Source: Eledone cirrhosa (taxonomy: Eukaryota). Taken from it: 64,000 nt of DNA. The stretch is taken from positions 268,832,001 to 268,896,000 of the forward strand of contig OZ024742.1 of assembly GCA_964016885.1 (NCBI GenBank), given 5' to 3'. Below are positions 54,484 to 64,000 of this stretch, piece after piece. Every line of letters begins with the position of its first letter. The stretch's first letter is position 1. The position numbers were made by a program, and so were the translations under genes. Below the pieces are notes generated by a model. It was not told the DNA's origin. It saw nothing but the letters and a program-made list of their open reading frames with translations, and made no database searches.

Positions 54484-54620
54484 AACTGTTTCTACTTTTG
54501 GCACAAGGCCAGCACCTCACCAGTACATTACTGGTACATTATTTTATCGACCCCTTAAGAATGAAAGGCAAAGTTAACCTCGGCGGGATTTGAACTCAGA
54601 TCATAAAAATACAAGTATTT
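54484..54620 (-). mobile_element. SINE, 5'-truncated
   Basis: Reverse complement of the SINE body. Shares its upstream segment with the 48120 copy. Confidence 0.85.
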
Positions 54621-55340
54621 AGCTATGAATGTTTAAATTGTGACCATGCAATAGCCGTCGCAGTAACTGTATGTGAATGTCGGATAGATATTTCTGGATT
54701 TTATTTTGCAGCCCACATTCTATTGCGACAAGTGTCAACTTATAAATTATAAGTTTTTTTTTGCGAATGAACATCAGCTGGAAATGCTCATTTGCACATA
54801 ATGCAAATAATTAAAACATCGGATTGGTTTAATTCGCAATAATACTAAGAAGGTGTACTAGGAAATTTTAACATCTAATTATTTAAGATATTTACGATGA
54901 ATCTTGCTTTTTACTTCTGTTTTCCGTTTCTCTCATCAATTTACAATATTAAATTTGAAACGCGCTATATAGTGTTACTTCTCATTATACCTAGCCAGTC
55001 AAGTTTTAACTATATATGTTTACATATACACACAAATACATACATATACATAGTAATGAGTTTGTGTGTGTATGTTGCTGTATTCCTATAGTAAACAGTT
55101 GTTTCGTTGGAGACGCATTTCAAAGAAAATACTTTGTTGTACATTTTCCGACTTTTTCCGTTCTGAGTTCAAATTTCGCTGATTTTCACTTCACTTTTTG
55201 TCATTCCGATGACAAAAAGTGAATTTAGTACAATTCTATAATGATACAATGTTTATAAAGTTTAATAAATGTAGGATATTTACAGATTTATCTATTGTTT
55301 TCACTCACTTCGTCATATCTCATAGATTTCAGCAAATAGT

Positions 55341-56750
55341 TGTTAGAGGAATACAACTGCGGCTGTGTACGTTCCATTGCTGTTGTTTCACTTTTATTCC
55401 ATCTCACATGCACTTTACCATTTGTTCCGCACCCCATCGTCATTGCATCCATTATATTTCAGAACTGTTCATACAATTAAGTGTACACGCTCGCCACTTA
55501 TCTCCTTTTGTTGTGGAACTCTTCTTCGTTCAACGTGAATGCTCTTTCGTCACATTGCAAATGGTGCTCTCGTAGACTCAGACGTGCTATGAAATTATTT
55601 TGTCATTGCTTCAGTAATAAATTCCTGAGAAAAGCAAAAGGTGTTTGAGAATCATTTATGACAAAATAAATGTAACAACTTCCTGGAAATGAACACGTGC
55701 GACATACCCTGCCCAGTGCCTTACTGCAGCACAGCATTGTCTGCCAAATCTCCCACTGATCACATCTCCACCGCCCACAGCATAATTGCACCGCAAACGA
55801 GTACAGGAGCTACTGCACCCAAGAAAGTATGACGCCACGTCATCTCCGTGGCGGGAACGATCCTTCATTGAGCAGAGATAGTCATACTATAAAATTCTAT
55901 ACGCCATACAGGCGGTGCTGTTATTTTCCAGCTACTGGACTGCCGCAATTAAATCTTAGGAATGACTTCTCACAGACATTCGGTGCCTTAGCTTCCAGTG
56001 ATGAGCAAAGGAAACGTCATTGTTGCAGGCGGCATGCATCACGTCCACCATCGGAAGACGACATCACAACGTTAAAAAAACTGTCCATCGCTCCCGTCCC
56101 GATGGCCACACAAGCCAAACAAACAACACCAAATGTGACAACCACACCAACCCTTAGTATTCAACGACACTTCTCATGCTCTACTTCAACACAACGCTTA
56201 GCAGTTATTCATACCACACTGAGATCGATTACAGTGGCATCATGGCCCATGACGCCCTCATAAAAATATTGGAAGGTGATGAGATCTGCTTAGATATCTT
56301 CGGTATCTCACAGCAGGATATAACCATCGTACATGCCCTGAAATACGTCCATGCAAAAGAAAGCATAAAACGTTCAGCCAGCCGTCTTCTGGGAAAAGGA
56401 GTCGCCTCAACCGTAAACACCACCAACTCCTACAGATGCCATGCGAGGAGCCGATTATTTCCACAGGTCCAACGATTTCCAACCTCCATATGCCCTTTGC
56501 AACCACTGTGGGAAACAACGCCACGGACGCCATTCACAGCAACACATGAAACAGGCCACGCCTACAACCACAAATGCACCAAATGTGGTACCCTACATCA
56601 CCACGAGAGTGTTTTCCGCCAATAACGGCACCGCCCCCAACAACAGTCTCAAAGCAACACAGCGGAGGCTGATGATTACGCCACTGCCATATTCAACAAA
56701 AATGGGACCGATTTCAATTGCGTTAGCTGAAGTACAGATGGTTATTTAAA
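55341..56750 (+). mobile_element. Ty3/Gypsy-like LTR retrotransposon remnant (putative LTR 55341-55559 and gag)
   Basis: TG...CA segment followed by AATGGTG (PBS-like). gag-like D.LI..L...I and CNHCGK..H...HAYNHKCTKCGTLHHHESV zinc-knuckle pair. Confidence 0.6.
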
Positions 56751-56759
56751 AAGAGATAA

Positions 56760-57326
56760 TGAATAAATACTCTACTGCAATATGTCAGTGATAAAATCTT
56801 TACTTAAAAGATAATCTAGATTATCTGCCCAAATCGAATAAACCAATCCTCAATTACCAATTGATATTTGTGCTTTTGCGATATAGAAAAATAGTGTATA
56901 TATTTCATGTTTAATCTGGGTATATGTGTCTAGAAATAGAGACTTATGATAACTATTCTATATAGAAAACTTTTGTATGGGGTTCTTTCCTAGAACTTCA
57001 TTTGATTTTTGAAACAATTCCAATGTTGCAATGGATATCCATTGCAACGTGTATAACAACCACCATTGTCAAACATTATGATCGACGTCTAGCAGGTAAA
57101 GTTATATCGACTTCATTTCTAGTTAATTTGGAATTATGCATAGGGAATACTGGCGTCTTATTGAGATGGACTTGCGGAATAGATGAATAATAGTCATCTA
57201 TGTCAAATTTCATGAAATTATAAGTGCGTTTATCTTCTAATTAGTAAACCAGTTGATTGCGTCTCCGGTATTGCCAATGTGCTAGCCTATGCGTCCTGTG
57301 TCAGATATAGAGGTGCATAATAGTCA

Positions 57327-57330
<4 letters not shown>
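56760..57330 (-). mobile_element. Penelope RT fragment, inverted homologue of 63040-63295
   Basis: INWFTN..YNFMKFDIDDYYS..ARRSIIMFDN. A 24-bp palindrome at 57025-57048 lies where homology ends. Confidence 0.75.
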
Positions 57331-57412
<82 letters not shown>

Positions 57413-57413
<1 letters not shown>

Positions 57414-58262
57414 AGGAAAAATGATGAAATTGAAAATGTAACTGGAGTCTTTTTAAGAATATTTATTTGTTTCCTATACCGGTTTCACAGTTCTTATGCT
57501 TTTCAAAAGTAGAATTGAGATGGAGGTTTTGCGTTTTTCTCACATCTGGTTGGTGTTCGAATGTTACTTCTGTTTTATGTGGAAAAAAGTGGCTCGAAAT
57601 GCTAGGTTTTTAGAAAAGAAATTTGCATGGTTGATGATTGTCACGTGAATAAGCATAATAAATTTCGGGCCTGTTCACGTTACAGAGTTCTCATTATATT
57701 TGCCTTTAAAAAGGGGGAGGGTGGTTCAAATTGTTTTTTCATATATGAGTAAAATTTGGTTGGTTGATACAGTCATGTGAATAAGCGCATCAACTTTCGC
57801 GCCAATTCGCGTTTGAGGGTTCTTTTCACTTAGAAAGTGGCTCAAAAAAGCTTTTTTTATAGTTATTTGTAGACATTTAGAGGACTTTGTGCCAAATAAA
57901 AGATAATGGTCACGAAAAAAAGATCGGGGAGAATTGTTCTGTATGGCTGATGTGTGTGTAAAGGAAAATTATTCTATTAGTATAAATGGGGGAGGGAGTT
58001 ATGTGTGTGTACGGGTGTTATATATGTGTGTATGTGTGTGTGGGAATATGGTTAGCATGTTAAGATGGAAGGAATATATATTTGTGTGTGTAGGAAAATG
58101 ATTCCGTTAGTAGAAATGGAGGAGGGAGTTATGTGTGTGTGTGTGTGTTTATGTGTGTGTGTGGGGGTAGGGGGGGTATAGTTAGCAAGTTAAGGTGTTA
58201 GAATACTAACGTATGTTAAGGTTTATTTAGCTCTTGATTTTATTTTAGAATATAGAGGGTGT

Positions 58263-58301
<39 letters not shown>

Positions 58302-60285
58302 GTATGTGTCTGTTTGGATGGTTAGCATGCTATGGTGTTAACATAATCTATATTAAACTATATTTAATGCTGGTATATATTTTTGAAAAACATATTTTCC
58401 TTATTTATTTGTAATTGTTCTGTTGTATTGTCAGCGAAAAGTTGAAGTGGGAAGACTTGGAATGTGGGTGTCTTATCGCTTGCAGATATGTCTAGATGTA
58501 CACTGAGTGGTATCTGTCGAGTGGTAGAGTCTCGTAATTGTTGGCGATGAATTGTCATTCTGTTTCTGAGTCTGAGTTTAGTTTGCCCTTCTCCGCTTCT
58601 TTAATTACAATGTCAGTGTTGTTTTTTAGTTCTAGGATAATCCCCCATTCCCTTCGAATTGTGTTTGGTTTGGGTTTAGTTTGCGGTAGTTCATGGTATG
58701 GGAATGTTGATATGTGGTCACAAAATTTGTCCAGAACTCTGTTGCTGCCCTTTGTTGAGTTGTAGCTGCTTTTATTCCGTACAATTGATTTTTATTGTTA
58801 TTCTCCTTGTCAAAACATTCCTCTGTTACACGTAATTTTCTACAGAAGTGCGTGATATCGTCATTTATCTCATTGAGGTTAGAGTATTGTGGTATTGGTG
58901 TGAATTTCAGTCCTTTGGAGACAATTTTAATTTGATAGGCTGAAAAGTTTGTATTTGAAAGTTTGATTATTTTCAGTTTTTCAAAATCGGTTTGTGCCAC
59001 CTGGTGTCGTGCGTCCTGTAGCCTTCGTTTAAAAATGATTTCTCTGAATTGTTTTTTCATGGGTATTATTATTTGGCTGTGGATTGGCAGTATCGGTAGA
59101 GGATAGGACGCCATGCTTTCTAGCATAGTTACGTCCCTTTACGATGTGAGTTCAAATCCCGCCGAGGTTGACTTTGCCTTTCATCCTTACGGGGTCGATA
59201 AAATAAAGTACCAGTAATGCACTGGATTATTGCTGGCCTTGTGCCTAAATTAGAAACAATTATTATATATAATGGCATTTCCCCTGTTGTTGTGTAGTCT
59301 TGTATAGAAGTGTCTGATGTATTGACGTTTCGTTTGTTGATGGTCCGGGTTGTAAATGTTGTTCCTTTATGTTGGTTGGGGTCTACGGTTTTGGAACAGG
59401 TTTTGTGTGGGTTGGATCTGCGAATCGGGTCCTGTCTTGTGTTGGGGGATATTCGTTTTTACTTTAGTAGGGTTATAGACTTGTCTATGAATTCTGGGAT
59501 TATCGTCATGGTTTTGCTAAGAACATTACTCACCAATGCCAAATTATCTACCACAAACCCACAACCAACTGTTAAAAACTGTGGTCGCTCTAATTGAGGA
59601 ATGTCCACTCACCTCATTGAAGGCACCGTGTATACATTTCAATCAGGAGAAAATTTTGTTGTAAAATATCACTTCACTTGCTCATCAAAAAATTTATTTC
59701 ATGCCATTAAATGTAAAGGATCCAATAAAGATTATATAGAGCAAACTAAACTCAGAATGACAATTCATGGCCAACAATTACGAGACCCTACCACATGACA
59801 GATACCACTCAGTGCACATCTAGACATATGCGCAAGTGATAAGACACCCAAATTCCAAGTCTTCCCACTTTATATTTTCGCTGACAATTCAACAGAACAA
59901 ATACGAATGAATAAGGAAAATATGTTAATTCAAAAATATAGAATAGCATTCAATATAGTTTAATATACCTTATGTTAACACCATATCATGCTAACCATCC
60001 AAACAGACACATACATACACACACACACACATATAACAACTATATTCGAAAATGAAAACCAGAGCTAAATAAACCATAACATACGTTAATACTCTAACAC
60101 CTTAACATGCTAATCATACCCCCCCCCCCCACATACACATATATATTCTCTATATCTTAACATTAAAATCATACACCCATACACACACACACACAAATAA
60201 AACCCATACACACACACAAATAACAACCATACACACACACACATAACTCCCTCCCCCATTTCTACTGATAGGAATCGTTTTCCTA

Positions 60286-60332
<47 letters not shown>

Positions 60333-61044
60333 ACACACACACACACACACACACATCGCCACACTAATAAAAATATATATCTCTACTTTCTTTATTTTAA
60401 TAGAAAGTCTGAATTTTGACACCTCTACACATCAGCCATTCTTACTGAACCAGAACAATTCCTTCACCATTTTTCTTGACTATTATCTTTTATTTGGCAC
60501 AAAATCATCTAAATGGCTATAAAGTACTCCCAAATACGAACTGGCGCGAAATGTAATGTAGTTATTCTCGTGACAGTCATAACCAATCAAATTACATTTA
60601 TAAAAAAAAAAAAAATGTTTGAGCCACATTTCTAAGTGACCCTTAAACACGAACTGGCGCGAAAGTTGATGTGCTTCTTCTCGTGACTGCATCAACCAAC
60701 CAAATTTCATTTATATATGAAAAAATAATCTGAGACCCCCCCCCAGCACACACACAATATTTTAACGGCAAATATAATAAGAACTTTGTAACGCAAACTG
60801 GACCGAAATATTATGCTTATTCACGTGACAGACAACAACCAACCAAATTATTTTTCTAAAAAATTACCATTTCGAGCCACCTTTTTCCACAATACAGAAG
60901 TAACATTCGAACAACAACCAGATACGAGAAAAACACAAACCTCCATCAAAATTCTACTTTTGAAAAGCATAAGAACTTTGAAACCGGTAAAGGAAACAAA
61001 TAAATATTCTTAAAAGACCCCAGTTGCATTTTCGATTTCATCTT
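57413..61044. mobile_element. Neptune-like PLE pair forming an inverted repeat with ~1.2-kb arms (57423-58587 / 59739-61043)
   Basis: + copy: FTCSSKNL..IKC...DYIEQT..RMTIH.QQ..PLSAHLD.C..KE. Minus copy: N-terminal KLSN..SKGLKFTP..FCRKLR joined to the endonuclease C-terminus. Decayed HHR (GAAA-CCGG-TA) near the outer ends. Confidence 0.85.
59073..59262 (+). mobile_element. SINE, full length
   Basis: A-box TGGCAGTATCGGT, B-box GAGTTCAAATCCC, body and tail. Confidence 0.9.
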
Positions 61045-61061
61045 ATATATATATATATATG

Positions 61062-62408
61062 CTAGCAGAAGTACCCGGCGTTGCCCGGGTGTAAGTCGAC
61101 CTTTGCTCTGTTATTAAATGTGTGAAAGTTACTTCCTGCGCATCACAGGTGCAAAAACCTTCGAACCTCAAGGAAAAAACTGAGTTAGACGCAATTGTGT
61201 AATTGAGCATAAATAATGGATCAATTGTAGGTTCACCGTGTATCGTTGAAATTGTTCTTTGCACGACTGACGGAAGTCAAATTCACTTGAAATTGAATTC
61301 TCAGCTGATTTTTAAAACTGGGTGAAAAAGTCGATTTTTTAACACTTTTTTTTTGTTTACAATTTTCGCGCTCACATGTGCAGAAGAAGAAATAAAAGGG
61401 ACTTTATTTGAACCGTGGCATAATGGCGAGTCTTTTTGCGACAGTTTTCAAGAAGATCGGACGTTCCTGTAACACGTTTTCCCATATGAAACTTTGCCTT
61501 GTTTTTTGCGTGACCTCTGAAGTAGATTTGAGTAGCTAACACATGTCCCGGTAAATTTGCTATAGGTGAAAAAAAGTTGATCAAAATCGCGTCTAGTGTT
61601 ATTGCCCTTTGCAACAGCCTCAATGTGACTTCAAGTATGGTATGTTAATTTGTTGTGGAACTAAACCGACATTCGTCAAATCGGACCGAGGAAACAATGT
61701 TTCCATTTGTCTTTTTAGCTGATGTACCCGGTTACACTCGGAGTTATAAGGTGCTGGATTGAAACGGGTCTGCGCTAAATTCCAGCAGGATGCTTTAACC
61801 GACATAAATGAAGAACAAACGTTTCTTTTTCTGCTCCAATCTGTGATATTGGTATTTTGAAAAAATAGTCCACAAACATCCAAGAGGCATGTGTAACGCA
61901 TGTATCAGGTCATGAGAAAAAAGGTTTTCGATTCTCCATTCCTAAGATACCAAAAAATTGCACGCAAATAAACAGGGATTTTAAGGCACTGGCCAATTCA
62001 TAGCTGAAAGGTAAGAATCAAGTGGAATAATGTTTTGCGACATTGTCAAATGTACAACCGTACAAAAGCAAGCTATATATCCATTGAAATATAGGTAGAC
62101 CAAATAATTTGGTGGGGTTGTATATCAGAGAATTGTTTTCCTTGTGATTCACGTCTAGCCTACAAAGTGAAGTTAGATGATTGTAGTCGGTTTTGTATCA
62201 ATAAAAAATAAAAGCATACGGAAGAATGAACACTTTCGAATTAAGTGATAATCACGTTGATATTCCTATCGGAGCAACATGTGCCGAAAAATCTACGCGT
62301 CGAGTTTTTATATATGTGTCAAGTTTTATGAAAATCGGATGAATGGTGTAGCCTGCAAGTTCGGGACACCAAAAAAACAAACAACGCCCAACTTCACTTT
62401 ATATATAA
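61062..62408 (-). mobile_element. Non-autonomous Helitron-like element
   Basis: Minus 3' end: CCCGG-GCAACG-CCGGG hairpin 8 nt before CTAG (61062-61065). Other end AAGTTTTATGAAAATCGG..ACAAACAA..ACTTTATATA resembles Lep1-like Helitrons. 5' TC not clear. Confidence 0.65.
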
Positions 62409-63039
62409 TTCTCGCTAATTTATATTTGTATTAATCTCCAGGGTCTAGCTATTGACCAGTTAATTTTCTTGATTTTTTTAGTTAATTCTACTGACTGATT
62501 AATTTTACAAACCATTCTGTTTAGAGCTTAGTTCGTTTTGTGATATTTTGCAATTTTGCAATAACACACATACTGAATTCATCAGCCAAAACTAAGGGTT
62601 GCCCCCGTTATCAAGCCCCACGAGAGTTTTTATAACGGTCAGTCCTTGGCTTGGCACTGAACTAAAAGCCTGTTGAAAAAGTGACATCCTTGTTCGATCA
62701 TCATACGAAAAGCTTAACATTATTTGTCTAAGCAGACAGTACTTGATTTAGGAGTTGCAGAAACCCAATACTGGATATTACCAACCTTTCAGGGATCCGG
62801 GTATAATTTTCAATCATATTTTATTTGTTTGACCCGAATTACTTGGTCGTTTCTATGGCTGTGCCGATAATGGTTTAACCATCATCACAGTGTGTTTGGC
62901 CTTTTAACTTATGTTGTTGCTCTAGTTCACTAACTTCTATGGAGCGCTTGCCACACATCTCGGAAGTTGTTTTTCGCTAATTTCCAATAGCCGAAATACG
63001 ATTCTCGCTAATTTATATATATATATATATAACCTCTCT

Positions 63040-64000
63040 ATTGACTATTATGACCCTCTAAATCTGATATAGGACGCATAGTTAAGCACATTGGCAATAC
63101 CGGAGAGACAATCAACTGGTTTACTAATTTAGAAAATAAACCCACTTATAATTTCATGAAATTTGACATAGATGACTATTATTCATTAATTCCTCATTTC
63201 CTTCTCACTAAGACCCTCATATTCAAGACGCGCAATTCCAAATTAACTAGAAATGAAGTCAATATAATTTTACCTGCTAGACGTTCGATCATAATTGTTT
63301 CTAATTTTGGCACAAGGCCAGCAATTACACATTACATTACTGGTACTTTATTTTAGCGGCCTCGTAAGGATGACAGGCAAATTTAACTTCGGCGGGATTT
63401 GAACTCAGATCATAAAGGGACGTAACTCTATGCTTCAAAGCATGGTGTCCGACTCTCTACCGATACTGTCAATCAACCGCCCTTCGATCATAATGTTTGA
63501 CAATGAGTACTGTATATGTAAGGATAGACAAAATGACTTTAATATAACTATGGGGTTTGAGTGACTCGGGCTCAAGTTACAGAACTTGTAGGTACTTATT
63601 TCATTGACATGTTACTTCTAGAATTCCCTTTACTTCAACGAAGGAATGTATAGAGATGAAGCGCTCCAACTCGATAACAACTTCAACAGTCAACAACTAG
63701 ACAAAAGGAAAGCTGTTAAACCCTTCTTTCAACGCATGGTCCTTCAAATATCTTTTGACCATAAGCATAAACGCATCAACTTTTTAGATGTAACTTTCGA
63801 CCTTAACTCCGGCATATATGAACCCTTCCATTAATCTAATGTTAACTCAAACTATGTTAATCGTAACTATCCTAGGACTAACACTAGCTCCATAGTAAAA
63901 AAAAGTATCCCTTAAGATCTCCAGATTGTCTGTCTCCTAATGCTCTTTCAATACACACGTGGGTTACTATAATGCTGCTCTACTGAAGCCCGGTTATGAT
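63040..64000 (+). mobile_element. Degenerate Penelope-clade RT, interrupted by a SINE, running off the window
   Basis: FMKFDIDDYYS, ITMG..AQVTELVG, GMYRDE, INFLDVTFDL..YEPF. Confidence 0.88.
63296..63482 (-). mobile_element. SINE with 12-bp target-site duplication
   Basis: TTCGATCATAAT at 63284-63295 and 63483-63494. The empty site is present in the homologue at ~57060-57085. Confidence 0.92.

Noticed and set aside
58632-59126. 164-aa ORF as an intact gene
   Set aside because: Its start comes from the antisense SINE; the rest is a PLE N-terminal fragment.
62410-63000. Additional PLE linker remnant on the minus strand (NNVKLSY-like)
   Set aside because: A single short motif; too weak to list as a feature.

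Overview
AT-rich, microsatellite-dense eukaryotic (animal) DNA. It is most likely octopod cephalopod, inferred from a tRNA-derived SINE that resembles a known octopus repeat. No confident host gene is present. The window is a mosaic of decayed mobile elements: many Penelope-like element (PLE) fragments (RT and GIY-YIG remnants), a near full-length CR1-group LINE (15.4-19.6 kb), an RNase H-bearing I/R1-group LINE (40.2-43.6 kb), an RTE fragment, a Chapaev3-type DNA transposon (49.1-51.3 kb), a Gypsy LTR/gag remnant, a non-autonomous Helitron, and about 9 SINE copies or fragments. The main signal the ORF track does not show is about 20 type I hammerhead ribozyme (HHR) motifs, read by eye, in about 10 unrelated sequence families. 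Most have a palindromic stem III. They sit in fold-back (inverted-repeat) units, in tandem arrays (periods ~419 and ~686 bp) and in one circularly permuted ~545-nt monomer, nearly all bounded by (TA)n tracts. This is a retrozyme/pseudo-LTR-like landscape. All calls come from manual reading, boundaries are approximate, and ribozyme activity is untested.
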